In this document: positions 17,956 to 29,183 of the stretch, piece after piece
Numbering within the stretch: position 1 is the stretch's first letter
Layout: the number at the start of each line of letters is the position of its first letter
Assembly (NCBI GenBank): GCA_963717005.1
Contig: OY970324.1
Location: forward strand, 849,937 to 913,936
DNA: 64,000 nt
DNA from: an uncultured delta proteobacterium
Lineage (GTDB): Bacteria; Desulfobacterota; Binatia; Binatales; Binataceae
Direction: 5' to 3'
Notes under the pieces: generated by a model
Told to the model about the DNA's origin: nothing
The model's database searches: none
Seen by the model: only the letters and a program-made list of their open reading frames with translations
Position numbers and translations under genes: made by a program

Positions 17956-19566
17956 CTACATCCTGAAGACGCCGAAGTTGGCGTGCTCCGGGATTGGCGC
18001 GTTCAGCGAGGCTGCGATACCCAGCGCCAGCGCCGCGCGCGTCTCGACCGGATCGAGCACGCCGTCGTCCCATAGCCGTGCGCTCGAATAATAGACGCTC
18101 GACTCGAGTTCGTACTTCTCCAGCGTCGGGCGCAGAAATTCTTTTTGCTCCGCGTCGGTCATCGTCGCACCTTCGCGCTTCAACTGCTCGAGCTTCACCG
18201 TCAGTAGCGTGTTCGCCGCCTGTTCTCCACCCATCACTGAGATGCGCGCGTTCGGCCACGTGAACAGCAATCGCGGCGAGTATGCGCGCCCGCACATCCC
18301 ATAATTTCCCGCGCCGTTCGACGCGCCGATTATCACCGTGAACTTCGGCACCTGCGCGTTGGCGACCGCGCTGACCATCTTGGCTCCGTCCTTCGCGATG
18401 CCGCCCTGCTCGTAGCGCTTGCCGACGATGAACCCGGTGATGTTTTGCAGGAACAGGATCGGGATGCGCCGCGCGCAGCACAGCTCGATAAAGTGCGTTG
18501 CCTTCAGCGCCGACTCGCTGAACAGCACGCCGTTGTTGGCGACGATGCCGACCGGGTAGCCGTAGATTCGCGCGAATCCGGTGACAATCGTCGTCGCGTA
18601 ACGCGCCTTGAACTCGTGCATCCGGCTGCCATCGACCAGCCGCGCGATCACCTCGCGCACGTCGTACGGTTTGCGCGTATCGACCGGGATGATGCCGTAT
18701 AGTTCGGCGGGATCGTAGTGCGGATCTTCGGGCGCGTCCTGCTCGATCGCGGTACTTGCGCGGGGCCCCAGGTTTTCGAAGATCGCGCGCGCAATTTGCA
18801 GCGCATGCTCGTCATCGTCGGCCAGGTGATCGCTCACGCCCGATAGTCGCGTGTGCACATCGCCTCCGCCGAGTTCCTCCGCCGTGACCTCTTCGCCGGT
18901 GGCGGCGCGCACCAGCGGCGGTCCCGCCAGGAAAATCGTGCCCTCTTCGCGCACGATGATGTTTTCGTCGCACATCGCGGGCACGTACGCGCCGCCCGCC
19001 GTGCAACTGCCCATCACGACCGCGACTTGCGCGATTCCTTTCGCCGACATCCGCGCCTGGTTGTAAAAGATGCGCCCGAAATGATGCTCGTCGGGAAAAA
19101 TCTCGGACTGCATCGGCAGAAACGCGCCGCCCGAATCGACCAGATAAACGCACGGCAGCATGTTCTCAATCGCGATTTGCTGCGCGCGCAGATGCTTCTT
19201 CACCGTCATCGGAAAGTACGTGCCGCCTTTGACGGTCGCGTCGTTGGCCACGATCACCGCCTCGCGCCCGTGGATTCTGCCGACGCCCGTGATGATGCTC
19301 GCTGACGGCGAGTCGCCGCCGTACATATTGAATGCGGCCAGCGGTGACAGCTCCAGAAACGGACTGCCCGGGTCGAGCAGTTGTTTGACGCGGTCGCGCG
19401 CCAGCAACTTGCCCCGTTCGACATGACGCTCGCGCGCCGTCGCCGGACCGCCCTGGCGCACGCGCTCGGTTTCATCGCGCAGCCGCTTAACCAGCGCTTC
19501 CATCGCGTCGCGATTGCGGCGGAACTCGTCGGAGTTGGTGTTCAGCCGCGATTCAATTCGATCCAT
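17956..19566 (-). CDS. acyl-CoA carboxylase carboxyltransferase subunit (methylcrotonyl/propionyl-CoA carboxylase beta-like)
   Basis: 536 aa two-domain carboxyltransferase; motifs [12 protein letters not shown] and [14 protein letters not shown]. Confidence 0.8.
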   Translation of the reverse strand: MDRIESRLNTNSDEFRRNRDAMEALVKRLRDETERVRQGGPATARERHVERGKLLARDRVKQLLDPGSPFLELSPLAAFNMYGGDSPSASIITGVGRIHGREAVIVANDATVKGGTYFPMTVKKHLRAQQIAIENMLPCVYLVDSGGAFLPMQSEIFPDEHHFGRIFYNQARMSAKGIAQVAVVMGSCTAGGAYVPAMCDENIIVREEGTIFLAGPPLVRAATGEEVTAEELGGGDVHTRLSGVSDHLADDDEHALQIARAIFENLGPRASTAIEQDAPEDPHYDPAELYGIIPVDTRKPYDVREVIARLVDGSRMHEFKARYATTIVTGFARIYGYPVGIVANNGVLFSESALKATHFIELCCARRIPILFLQNITGFIVGKRYEQGGIAKDGAKMVSAVANAQVPKFTVIIGASNGAGNYGMCGRAYSPRLLFTWPNARISVMGGEQAANTLLTVKLEQLKREGATMTDAEQKEFLRPTLEKYELESSVYYSSARLWDDGVLDPVETRAALALGIAASLNAPIPEHANFGVFRM

Positions 19567-19633
19567 TTGAGTGTCCTTGATGCGAGCCGGCCAATGTTGG
19601 ACTAAATATTAGAAAGCTGGCTGGATATTAGCG

Positions 19634-21970
19634 ATGCGCGAACGCGATCTGAAAGCTCTCGAATTCGACAAGGTGATCCATCTCGTCATGGATCTCTGCG
19701 CCTCCGATCCGGGACGCGCGGCCACCGCCGACTTGCGCCCGTCCATCGACGCCGCCGAAGTGCAACGCCGGCTTACCACCACCGCCGAGATGGTCGATCT
19801 GAGATCGCATGCTGGCTCGATTCCCATAAGTGAATTCACCGACCAGCGGCCGTACCTGCTCGCGGCGGCCCGCGCGGGTGCGATCCTCGGTGGCGAAGCG
19901 CTGGTGAAGGTGCGCGACTTTATCGTCGGCTCGCGCCACGTCAGCGGATTTCTGCGCTCGCGCGTCGAGCGCTTCCCCCATGTCGCCGCGCTCGTGCAGA
20001 ACCTGCTCGCGCCCAAGGAACTCGCCGACGCGATGCTCTCCGCGCTCGCCGACGACGGCACGCTGCTCGACGACGCGAGCCCCGAGCTCAAGCGTCTGCG
20101 CAGCCGCCTGCGCGACGAGCGCGCCGATCTCGAGGCGCGCCTGCTCCGCTCCCTCAACGCCTCCGGCATGGAGTCGTTCGTTTCCGATTACATCGTTACG
20201 CTTCGCAACCGCCGCTTCGTGCTGCCGATGAAACTGAACTACTCGGAGCGCTTCGAGGGCATCGTGCAGGACCGCAGCGTCTCCGGCGAGACTCTGTTCG
20301 TCGAGCCGATGTGGGCGGTCGAGCTGAACAACAGGCTGATGATGCTCGAGCGCGAAGCCGAGGCCGAGGAAACCCGAATCCTCGCGCGGCTGACCGCGAT
20401 GGTCGGCGGCTACGCGCCCGAATTGCAGCTCACCTTCGACGCGATGGTGGCGCTCGACGCGCTCAACGCCCGCGCGCTTTTCGCCGAGCGCTTTCGATGC
20501 GTCGAGCCGCGGCTCGTCGATGAGGGAATCGATTTCATCGGCGCGCGGCATCCGCTGCTGATGACCAGCGGCCGCGACGTCATCCCCATCGACGTCAAAA
20601 TCGGCGCCGGTCAGCGCGGCATCGTCATCTCCGGTCCGAACACCGGCGGCAAAACCGTCGCGCTCAAAACCGTCGGCCTGCTCTCGCTGATGGCGCAGGC
20701 GGGGATGCTGATTCCGGCGCTCGCCGGCAGCACCGCGACGGTCTTTCGCAGCGTGTTCGCCGACATCGGCGACGAGCAGTCGATCGAATCCAACCTCTCG
20801 AGCTTTTCCGGACACATCGCCAACCTGTCCGAGATTATCCGCTCGCTGGTCGAGCCCGCGCTGGTGATTCTCGACGAGCCGGGCGCTGGCACCGACCCGG
20901 CCGAGGGCGCGGCGCTCGCGATCGGCCTGATGAACCATCTCGGCACGCGCCGCTCCATGCTCGCGATCGCAACGCACTCGACCGCCGTCAAGCTGCACGC
21001 ATACTCGCAAGCCGGGTTCGAGGCCGCGGCGGTGGATTTCGACGCCGAGCACCTCGCGCCGCTGTATCGCCTGAAGCCGCATACGATCGGCCAAAGTTAC
21101 GGGCTCGCGGTCGCGCGCCGGCTCGGACTGCCGGAGGAAATAATCCGCGCCGCCGAACAATCGATGGGCACCGGCACCGTCGAGTTGACCGACTCGTTGA
21201 AAAGATTGGACGCCGAGCGCGCCAAGCTGAACACCCAGGTCGAAAAGCTGCGCGAGCGCGAGGCGAGTCTCGCTAGCGTCGAACATGAACTCGTTCAGGA
21301 CGCCGAAAAAGCGCGCGTCCGTGCCGAGGCCGATCGCAAGCGCCTGCGCGCCGAAGTCGCCGACCTGATCGAAGAGCTAAGGCGCGACGGCGCCGCGCTG
21401 ATGGACGAGCTAAAGACCCGCGCCAAATCGCGCACCGACCTGAAGGGCTTCATCACCAGGGCCGCCGCGAAACTCGAGAGCCTCGCGCCGGCCCCCGACG
21501 ACGCGCCGCAGTCCGACGCGCCGCTCAAGGTTGGCGATACCGTCCAGGTCGGCGACATCCGCGGCGAACTCATCCTGCTCGACGCCGCGCGCGCCGTCAT
21601 CAGCCGCGGCGGCCTCCGGATCGAAGTTGCGCCCGAGCGCCTGCGCCGGTCGGCGCCGTCGGTCGCCGATAATCGCCCCGCACAAAAAAAAGAGGCAGCC
21701 GTCACTTTCAGCGTCGAAGGCAGTGAGGGGATCGAGCTGAACCTCATCGGGATGCGCACCACCGACGCACTGCGCAAGCTCGAAGAATTTCTCGACACCG
21801 CGTTCCTGACCAATCGTGCCGAAGTGCGAATCGTCCACGGCATCGGCTCCGGCGCGCTGCGCAAAGCGGTCGCCGACTACCTCGGCTCATCGCCCTACTG
21901 CGCCTCCTTCCGCGGCGCCGAACCCCACCACGGCGGCGCCGGCGCCACCATCGTCCAAATGAATTTGTGA
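19634..21970 (+). CDS. mutS2: endonuclease MutS2 (MutS domain plus C-terminal Smr)
   Basis: 778 aa; Walker A GPNTGGKTV, coiled-coil middle, Smr C-terminus (VHGIGSG). Confidence 0.85.
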   Translation: MRERDLKALEFDKVIHLVMDLCASDPGRAATADLRPSIDAAEVQRRLTTTAEMVDLRSHAGSIPISEFTDQRPYLLAAARAGAILGGEALVKVRDFIVGSRHVSGFLRSRVERFPHVAALVQNLLAPKELADAMLSALADDGTLLDDASPELKRLRSRLRDERADLEARLLRSLNASGMESFVSDYIVTLRNRRFVLPMKLNYSERFEGIVQDRSVSGETLFVEPMWAVELNNRLMMLEREAEAEETRILARLTAMVGGYAPELQLTFDAMVALDALNARALFAERFRCVEPRLVDEGIDFIGARHPLLMTSGRDVIPIDVKIGAGQRGIVISGPNTGGKTVALKTVGLLSLMAQAGMLIPALAGSTATVFRSVFADIGDEQSIESNLSSFSGHIANLSEIIRSLVEPALVILDEPGAGTDPAEGAALAIGLMNHLGTRRSMLAIATHSTAVKLHAYSQAGFEAAAVDFDAEHLAPLYRLKPHTIGQSYGLAVARRLGLPEEIIRAAEQSMGTGTVELTDSLKRLDAERAKLNTQVEKLREREASLASVEHELVQDAEKARVRAEADRKRLRAEVADLIEELRRDGAALMDELKTRAKSRTDLKGFITRAAAKLESLAPAPDDAPQSDAPLKVGDTVQVGDIRGELILLDAARAVISRGGLRIEVAPERLRRSAPSVADNRPAQKKEAAVTFSVEGSEGIELNLIGMRTTDALRKLEEFLDTAFLTNRAEVRIVHGIGSGALRKAVADYLGSSPYCASFRGAEPHHGGAGATIVQMNL

Positions 21971-22010
21971 GAACGTTCGCACGGATCGTTCACGGCGCGG
22001 CGCCGCCGTT

Positions 22011-22113
22011 GTCATCCTGACGAAGCGAGCATCGCGAGCGGATGGAAGGATCTCGGACAGCTTCGCGTCAGCGACGCCGGTTCCGGTTTTGAGATCGCGG
22101 AGCGCTCCTTCGG
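22011..22113 (+). repeat. interspersed repeat family 3 (gtcatcctgacgaagcgagc ... ggaaggatctcggacagc ... gccggttccggtttt ... agcgctccttcg)
   Basis: About 100-bp element also at 33109-33272 and inverted partial at 59177-59215. Confidence 0.65.
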
Positions 22114-22124
22114 AAACGCCGGCG

Positions 22125-24665
22125 CTAGAACAACTTCTTCAACTGATCCAGCGGATTCGGCGGCGGATTCGAGTTGCCCCCGCCATTGTTGCCGCCCGAT
22201 CCGCTGCCACCGGAGCCGTTGCCACCGCCCGAATCGCCGCCGAGGAATTTTCCCAATCCTCCCGGCAGTCCCTTCTTGCCGAAAACCTTGCCGAGATATT
22301 TCTGCCCCTGCCCCTGCACCGCGTTAGTTCCCGCGCGCTGCGCCAGTTCCGTCACGTTCGGCAATACCTGCGGCTTCGGCAATTGCCCGACGACTTGCAG
22401 CGGGATGTCGATTTGTCCGTCCTTGTTCGCGACGTATGCGACTTCCTTCTTCTGCGCGATCAGCTCCTGGCTGAATTGCGGCGACAGCACGATTCGCGCC
22501 GCCAGGTCGATGTTCTTGTCCATGTCGAACCATCCGTCGCCCAGCAGATTGTAGTCCACCGTCTGCACCTTGATGTCGTGCGAGGTGATTCGCGGGCCCT
22601 CGAGCACGAAGGTCAGGCTCGCGAGCTGGATGTCGGTGTCGGGGTTCGCGAACAGCTCCGGATGATTCTTGACCACCGCGTCGGGCACCAGGTTGCCGAT
22701 CGCCGGCAGGTTCTGCACCTTCTTCAGCGCCTGCCCGCCGACGTTGACGCCCACCAGTTTGCCGTTCGTCATCGTCAGATTGCCGCTGCCCCTGAGCGTC
22801 GGCTTCATCTCGTCGAAAGTCCCGATCTTCCCGCTGACTTTCAGGTTGCCGCCGAGCGTTCCGCGCACGGTCCCCGCCGCCTTCGACTTTTGCGAGTCGA
22901 GCGCCTGCTGGATATCGAGATTGGTAAAGCTGATCGAGGCGTCCATCGGCGCCGCCGCTTCGAGCCGCGTATTCCCCGTCGCCACGATATCGCCCGCGAA
23001 CGCCTTCAGCCTCAGCGTCGTCACCCGCACGAGCTTGTCCGCCAGCGATAGCGACAGTTTCAAATTCTGATACGGCACATTCGCGAGGTTGCCCGAAGGC
23101 GACGTGATTTCGGAATCGACGGTCGGTCCGCTCATCGATCCAATCGACACCGCGCCCTTCGCGAACAGCTGGTTGATCACTTCGTCCGGCGGCCGCGACG
23201 GCACCAGGTCCGCCAGCCGCACCGACGCCGCGTTCAGCTCGTAACTCATCACCAGCGGCTGAAACTGATCGATATGCGACTTCAGCGTCGCTTGCTGCGC
23301 GCCAAGGTTGAACGTCAGCGGCCCAACGTCGGCGCTGGTGCCCGCGAGCGTGATGTTGCCGCTGATATTGCTGAGCGGCGGCGCCTTCTGCCCGGGTAGC
23401 GACAATCCAACTCCGGCCAGCGCGACCGTGCCGTTGGCGGACGCCTTTCCATGCGCCAGCGTCGCACCGCCATGAATCTCGGTTTTGCCCGTCGGCTGGT
23501 ACTTGCCGATCGCCGGAATTATTTTCGCCAGTGAAGCGATATCGAAATTGTTGGTATCGACATGCGCCGCGGTCGTGCCGCCGCCGACTTTGATATCGGT
23601 CGCCTTCGCCTCGAGGTCGCCGAGCGTGACGTTCGCGAGCGTCACTGCCATCGCCGAGTCCGCCCGCGAACCCTCCGCGGAAATCTTGAGCGGCGTGTCG
23701 GCCGGCTTGTTGAAGCTGTCGCCAAATGCAATTGCGGGCGCGCTCAAATCGCTCGAGACCGTGAATTTGATCGACTGCACCGTGCCCTCAGCCGTCGCGT
23801 CGAAGCTGAGCGGCCCGGAAATCGAGAGCTTCGGCGGTATCGCCTTCGCGATCATCGGGATCGTCTGGAGCTGCGTCAGCAGAATCGGGCCGACTTTGGC
23901 CGTCCCCGTCACCGGAATCGCGTCGATATCGAGCACGCCGTTGCTGATCAACGGCCCAATCGTCGCCGAAAGATCGAAGTTCTGCTGGTCGCCAAGCGCC
24001 GCAAAGGTCACCGCGACCGTGAACGGTGCGTTGAACACGAAATCGCGCAGCTTGAGATTGATCGCGTTTACGCTGGCGCCTCCCGGCGCGCCCTCCGTCT
24101 CATAGGTCAAAGTGCCATCGTTGATCGTAAAATTCTGCACCAACAGCGACCCCAGCGCCGGCGGTGCCTTGCCCGCTTCCGCCATCGGCGACTCTTCGTT
24201 CGCGCCGCCGCCGCCTTCGCCCTCGCCTTGCCGCGATTCCTCTGCGGGGTGGACTTTTTTTCGCCCAAGCGTCGAGACGTTGAACGTTCCGTCGCGCGTC
24301 TGCACTATTCTGATCACCGGCTTGTCGAGCACCACTTCGCTGACTTCGATTCGCCGCGCCAGCAGCGGCATCAGTTGCAGCCGCGTATAGACGTTGCTTG
24401 CCTCGATGAACGGCTTTTTCGAGATGGCGGGGTCGTCCGCCACCTGCACGCCCGTCACGTCGGCCAGGATTCCCCAGCCGAGACTCACCTTGATGTCGTC
24501 GGCGTGGACTTGGCGTCCGATCGCGGTGCTGACCTTGTCGAGGATGGTCTGGCGGCGCTCGGCGATGATCGAGTTCAAGTTGGTTGCGGCATAGAACAAG
24601 ATCGCGCCGGCAAAAATCACGACTGCTCCGACAACTGCGGCGGCGATTACGATGACACGACGCAT
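22125..24665 (-). CDS. AsmA-family outer-membrane biogenesis protein with Gly/Ser/Asn-rich C-terminal tail
   Basis: 846 aa, N-terminal TM anchor, long beta-rich repetitive body. Confidence 0.55.
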   Translation of the reverse strand: MRRVIVIAAAVVGAVVIFAGAILFYAATNLNSIIAERRQTILDKVSTAIGRQVHADDIKVSLGWGILADVTGVQVADDPAISKKPFIEASNVYTRLQLMPLLARRIEVSEVVLDKPVIRIVQTRDGTFNVSTLGRKKVHPAEESRQGEGEGGGGANEESPMAEAGKAPPALGSLLVQNFTINDGTLTYETEGAPGGASVNAINLKLRDFVFNAPFTVAVTFAALGDQQNFDLSATIGPLISNGVLDIDAIPVTGTAKVGPILLTQLQTIPMIAKAIPPKLSISGPLSFDATAEGTVQSIKFTVSSDLSAPAIAFGDSFNKPADTPLKISAEGSRADSAMAVTLANVTLGDLEAKATDIKVGGGTTAAHVDTNNFDIASLAKIIPAIGKYQPTGKTEIHGGATLAHGKASANGTVALAGVGLSLPGQKAPPLSNISGNITLAGTSADVGPLTFNLGAQQATLKSHIDQFQPLVMSYELNAASVRLADLVPSRPPDEVINQLFAKGAVSIGSMSGPTVDSEITSPSGNLANVPYQNLKLSLSLADKLVRVTTLRLKAFAGDIVATGNTRLEAAAPMDASISFTNLDIQQALDSQKSKAAGTVRGTLGGNLKVSGKIGTFDEMKPTLRGSGNLTMTNGKLVGVNVGGQALKKVQNLPAIGNLVPDAVVKNHPELFANPDTDIQLASLTFVLEGPRITSHDIKVQTVDYNLLGDGWFDMDKNIDLAARIVLSPQFSQELIAQKKEVAYVANKDGQIDIPLQVVGQLPKPQVLPNVTELAQRAGTNAVQGQGQKYLGKVFGKKGLPGGLGKFLGGDSGGGNGSGGSGSGGNNGGGNSNPPPNPLDQLKKLF

Positions 24666-24797
24666 ATGAGGACCCTCACATCAGCGGCTTCGTCTAACCC
24701 GCGACACGCCGGCAAGTCTAGTCGATGCGCGCCGGACGCGCATCATTTTGAACATTCGATTTTGTCTTCCGATCGCTTGCGAAGAGCCGGATTTGGC

Positions 24798-25343
24798 CTA
24801 TCGAGGGCGCGTCGGCATGACACCTTGTTCGACGCCAATGCTGGCGCTTCTCTTCAACGCTTCATCCAGCGGCAACGGCACCTTCCACACGAGCGCAAAC
24901 GAAACGACGGCAAACGGCAGAACTGTGACGAAAGTTTTGGAAAGGATAGCCAGTACCAGACCGTAGAGAGCGATAGCTTCATTGAATCCCAGACGCGCGA
25001 CAAAGCCGGCGAACAGGTATCCAACCAGCGCGAGCAGGCGCTGCTCGTCGGGCGAAATATCGGCTTTCGGATCGGGCGGCCGATCAAGCAGCTGTCGAAG
25101 CCGCGAATCCGGAAACAGCAGGCGGGGTACATACGGCGCCAGCGCTGCGGTCATTAAGGAAAGAGCAACGGTAGTAATTTTGATTAGGCCGGGTACCCCC
25201 GGCGTTGCGCCCGGCGAGGCGCTTCCAAGCCCCACATAAGCGACGACTACATAGACGGGAATCGCGCCGACAAAAGCCGTCCGGATCATCCGATGAACTG
25301 CTGCCATCGGCTGGATCATCGAGCTGAACGTCTCCGATTCCAT
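24798..25343 (-). CDS. hypothetical polytopic membrane protein
   Basis: 181 aa, four hydrophobic segments; no family recognised. Confidence 0.3.
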   Translation of the reverse strand: MESETFSSMIQPMAAVHRMIRTAFVGAIPVYVVVAYVGLGSASPGATPGVPGLIKITTVALSLMTAALAPYVPRLLFPDSRLRQLLDRPPDPKADISPDEQRLLALVGYLFAGFVARLGFNEAIALYGLVLAILSKTFVTVLPFAVVSFALVWKVPLPLDEALKRSASIGVEQGVMPTRPR

Positions 25344-25481
25344 GGTCCACCCCTCTTTCGTCGCGCTGCGACGATCCTATCGATCCGTCCAACGGAAAAC
25401 GCAATGCTGGCTCGCACGGTTTGAACCGCGTCGCGTCATCAGCGTAGTCTGTCATCCATCCCGAATCCGTGCTCCCTTCCG

Positions 25482-26291
25482 ATGGCAAAAAAGCGAAAGC
25501 ATGGCCGCCTCGGCGAACAACGAGACGGCGAACAAAAGGCGCCGCCTGCGCCGCCGCCCGTCTTCTCGTCGCCATTCAAAGACCTCAAGCAGATGCTCGC
25601 CGATCGCGAACGCACCGCCCCGAAATCGCCCGCGCCAATCAAGCCCAAACCCGCGCCTCCTCCGGCGCCGGTCGTCAAAGCAATCGCGCAGCCCGCCGCC
25701 GAACCTCTCGACGACGAAACTTTTTTGCGCCGCGCGCTCGAAGGCGTGCGCCCCTTGCATCCCAACGGCAAACGCCCCGCGCGGATTCCGCTCGAACCCG
25801 CCCTGACTCACACCATCGTCGATGAGGACGCGGAGGTAGTCGCCCAATTGTCCGACCTCGTGTCGGGACACGCGCCGTTCGACATCACCGAGTCCGACGA
25901 GTACGTCGAGGGCTACCGCGTCGGACTGGACCCGCGCCTCGTGTCGCAGCTTCGCCGCGGCGAGTTTGCGATCCAGGATCATTTCGATATGCACGGCATG
26001 ATTCAGAGCGCCGCCAAGGAAGCGCTGAAGGAGTTCATCATCAAGTCCGTGCGCAAGGGGCTGCGCGCGGTGCTGGTCGTGCACGGGCGCGGTCTGCGCT
26101 CTCCCAATGGGCACTCGGTGCTGAAGCACGCGTCGGCCGGATGGCTCTCGCATGGCGCAATCGGCGGTCACGTGCTCGCATTCGCGACCGCGCGCGCCGC
26201 GGACGGCGGCGCCGGCGCCACCTACGTCCTGCTCAAGCGCGAGAAGAGCCGCGCCCCGTTTGATATCCTGCAAGGCGCCAAGCGCCGCTAG
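25482..26291 (+). CDS. Smr-domain protein with Lys/Pro-rich disordered N-terminus
   Basis: C-terminal LRAVLVVHGRG Smr motif. Confidence 0.6.
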   Translation: MAKKRKHGRLGEQRDGEQKAPPAPPPVFSSPFKDLKQMLADRERTAPKSPAPIKPKPAPPPAPVVKAIAQPAAEPLDDETFLRRALEGVRPLHPNGKRPARIPLEPALTHTIVDEDAEVVAQLSDLVSGHAPFDITESDEYVEGYRVGLDPRLVSQLRRGEFAIQDHFDMHGMIQSAAKEALKEFIIKSVRKGLRAVLVVHGRGLRSPNGHSVLKHASAGWLSHGAIGGHVLAFATARAADGGAGATYVLLKREKSRAPFDILQGAKRR

Positions 26292-26301
26292 CGCCGCCTC
26301 A

Positions 26302-27372
26302 TCATCCCAGGAAATGCACCGCGATTATCACGTTCGTCGCCACGAACGCCGCCGGGATCAGCCACCGCGAGTACCTGCGGATCTCTAGTCCGAGGTCGCG
26401 CCGCAACTGGCTGCGATGCGTCACGTGAACCGCCATCAGCTCCACCACCGCCAGGAACACGAAGATGTAGCACTCGAGAAAAAATGCATCGATGTAGGTC
26501 AGGTACGGCAGTCGCGGCATCGTCGCGGAGATCGCAAACGCGAACGCGATTACCGTCAGAATCGTCGTCACCGCCACCGTAATCTGGTTCGAGAGATCGT
26601 TCGCCTCAATCCAGAAGACCGCCCACGACAGAAACACCATCAGCACCAGCGGCAGAAATACTTTCCACAAGTAAAAAGTCGATCGCCGGCTGACGTCGAT
26701 TTCGAAGCGCGCCTCCGGCAACATCAGCCCGCCGTAGGTCCCCGCCGCAAGCACCTGTGAGCTCAGCGAGATCAGTTGCCACTGCGCCAGCGAGGTGAAG
26801 CTCCTGAACTCGCTGGCGGTCCAGGTTGACGCGCTGTCCATCTTGAATCGTATCCGCGGTCCGTCCACCAGGAAGGGGTGAATGATCACTATCAACTGCT
26901 GCGAATCGAACGGGAAGCGCCTGAGCTTGAAGTGCGACGACAGCTTTACGATGAGCCGCTCGGCGTACCTCACGGTGCCGTCCGGACTCACCATGATCGA
27001 AATTTCCTCGCGCGATCGCGGCGACGAGGCGTTGATCATCTCAAGTTGAGGGATCCAGATCTGCCCGGGCGCATAGTTGCGCACCCGGTCCTGCGGACCT
27101 TCCGGAGTGTACGCGAGCCGCTTGTCGATCCATCGCTCGAACAGGTACGCGTCGAGGTCGAACTGCTCGGTCACTTCGTCGATCGAGGCTAGATTGACCA
27201 CGTGCATGCCGATGGTGACGTCGATCGGGTTGCCATCCTGAAACGGCGGTTGCAGGATCGGATCGAGCGCGATCCCGGCCGGAGCGGGTCCGGCATGCGC
27301 CGCCGCCGTCAACCACGTCGCGCCCACGAAGAACGCGAGCGCAATGACAACGATCCCGCGGCGCATCCGCAA
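26302..27372 (-). CDS. pentameric ligand-gated ion channel (Cys-loop family) homolog
   Basis: Signal peptide, extracellular domain with WIDKRLAY and FPFDSQ loop motif, four TM helices M1-M4 with cytoplasmic M3-M4 linker. Confidence 0.7.
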   Translation of the reverse strand: MRMRRGIVVIALAFFVGATWLTAAAHAGPAPAGIALDPILQPPFQDGNPIDVTIGMHVVNLASIDEVTEQFDLDAYLFERWIDKRLAYTPEGPQDRVRNYAPGQIWIPQLEMINASSPRSREEISIMVSPDGTVRYAERLIVKLSSHFKLRRFPFDSQQLIVIIHPFLVDGPRIRFKMDSASTWTASEFRSFTSLAQWQLISLSSQVLAAGTYGGLMLPEARFEIDVSRRSTFYLWKVFLPLVLMVFLSWAVFWIEANDLSNQITVAVTTILTVIAFAFAISATMPRLPYLTYIDAFFLECYIFVFLAVVELMAVHVTHRSQLRRDLGLEIRRYSRWLIPAAFVATNVIIAVHFLG

Positions 27373-27373
27373 C

Positions 27374-28861
27374 TCAGCCTTCCGGCGCGAGCATCTTGTC
27401 CGCGCGCACCAGCCGGTCGAACTCCGCTCCCGACAGCAGCTTCAGCGCGATCGTCGCCTCGCGCAGCGTGATCTTTTCGGCATGCGCTTTCTTCGCGACC
27501 TTGGCTGCGTTGTCGTACCCGATATGCGGGCTCAGCGCCGTCACCAGCATTAGCGAATTTTCCACGTTGCGCCGCAGTTGCTCGCGATTCGGCTCGATCC
27601 CCTCGACGCAGTACTTGCTGAACGACGCGCACGAATGCGCCAGCAGCATCGTCGAATGCAGAAAATTGTGGATGATGAGCGGTTTGAAAACGTTGAGCTC
27701 GAAATTTCCCTGCGATCCCGCCGTCGTGATCGCCACGTCGTTGCCGATCACCTGGATACAGACCATCGTCATCGCCTCGCTCTGCGTCGGATTCACCTTG
27801 CCCGGCATGATCGACGAGCCCGGCTCGTTCTCCGGCAGGATTAGCTCCGCCAGGCCCGTGCGCGGTCCCGATCCCATCCAGCGCACGTCGTTGGCGATCT
27901 TCATCAGCGAAACCGCGAGCGTCTTGAGCGCTCCAGAAGCCGCCACCAGCGCATCGTGCGCCGCCAGCGCCGCGAACTTGTTGGGCGCCGACTTGAACGG
28001 CAGCCCGCTGTACTCCGCGATCTTTTTCGCCACGCGCTCCGCAAATTCCCGATGCGTATTCAGCCCGGTGCCGACCGCCGTCCCGCCGATCGCCAGCTCC
28101 AGCAGGTCCGGCAGCGCCGCCTCGAGCCGCTTCAAGTCGTAGTCGAGCTGCGCGACGTAGCCCGAAAATTCCTGCCCCAGCGTCAGCGGCACCGCATCCA
28201 TCAGATGCGTGCGCCCGATCTTCACGATCGCCGCGAACTCCCGCGCCTTGCGCGCGAGCGCGTCGCGCAGCTTTCGCACCGACGGAATCAGGTCGTGCGT
28301 GACTTCCTCCGCCGCCGCGATATGCATCGCGGTCGGAAACGTGTCGTTCGACGACTGCGACATGTTCACGTCGTCGTTCGGATGTATCGGCTGCTTGCTG
28401 CCGATCACGCCGCCGGCCATCTCGATCGCCCGATTCGAGATCACTTCGTTGGCGTTCATGTTGGTCTGCGTGCCGCTGCCGGTCTGCCAGATGCGCAGCG
28501 GAAAATGCTCGTCGAGCGTGCCCGCGATCACTTCATCGGCGGCCGCGGTTATCAGTTTGGCTTTGTCAGCCGGCAGTTTGCCGAGATCGCGATTAACCTC
28601 AGCCGCCGCTTTTTTCAAAATCCCGAACGCCCGCACCACCGACCGCGGCATCCGATCGAATCCGATCGCGAAATGCAGCAGCGATCGCTCCGTCTGCGCG
28701 CCCCAGTAGCGGTCGCTCGCGACCTCGATCGCCCCCATGCTGTCAGTCTCGACCCGCTTGCCGCTCCGCGCCGCCTTGACCGCCGCCGGCCCCGCCTTCG
28801 CGGTATCCGCCCGCTTGCCGCCGCTGCCCTTGCGCATCTTCACTCTCGACTTTGATGCCAT
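27374..28861 (-). CDS. fumC: class II fumarate hydratase
   Basis: [20 protein letters not shown] signature. N-terminal 35 aa basic extension may not be translated. Confidence 0.85.
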   Translation of the reverse strand: MASKSRVKMRKGSGGKRADTAKAGPAAVKAARSGKRVETDSMGAIEVASDRYWGAQTERSLLHFAIGFDRMPRSVVRAFGILKKAAAEVNRDLGKLPADKAKLITAAADEVIAGTLDEHFPLRIWQTGSGTQTNMNANEVISNRAIEMAGGVIGSKQPIHPNDDVNMSQSSNDTFPTAMHIAAAEEVTHDLIPSVRKLRDALARKAREFAAIVKIGRTHLMDAVPLTLGQEFSGYVAQLDYDLKRLEAALPDLLELAIGGTAVGTGLNTHREFAERVAKKIAEYSGLPFKSAPNKFAALAAHDALVAASGALKTLAVSLMKIANDVRWMGSGPRTGLAELILPENEPGSSIMPGKVNPTQSEAMTMVCIQVIGNDVAITTAGSQGNFELNVFKPLIIHNFLHSTMLLAHSCASFSKYCVEGIEPNREQLRRNVENSLMLVTALSPHIGYDNAAKVAKKAHAEKITLREATIALKLLSGAEFDRLVRADKMLAPEG

Positions 28862-28881
28862 CGTCTCTATTCCTGTTCTGT

Positions 28882-28945
28882 TCCCCTCTCCTGAAGGGAG
28901 AGGGGTTAGGGGTGAGGTCCCGCGCGATTCAAGATTCCGCTTCTT
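28882..28945 (+). repeat. interspersed repeat family 4 (cccctctcc..gggagagggg hairpin plus cgcgcgattcaagattccg)
   Basis: Related copies 33005-33090 and inverted 45830-45965. Confidence 0.6.
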
Positions 28946-29183
28946 GGGTAATTACGCACAGCCTCCCGCCGCATTTCAGCCGCCTTCGCGCCGATTATTC
29001 TAACCCTGCCGACCCCCAATACCAGCGCTTTCCGACCCTCCCGATTCACCCCGCCTTGCCCTTTTCAGCGGCGCTGTGCCGATATAGGTTATGGCGCGTG
29101 CTCCCGACAATAGGGGAGCGCGATTTTGCTCGGGATATTTTTCGAAATATTATAAGGACTGGATTTCAAGCGAGGCTGCAACC

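Noticed and set aside
19628-21286. 552-aa minus-strand ORF
   Set aside because: Antisense to mutS2; extreme Arg/Gly/Asp composition, no recognisable motifs.
23562-25157. 531-aa plus-strand ORF
   Set aside because: Antisense to the AsmA-family gene and the membrane protein gene; R-rich junk.
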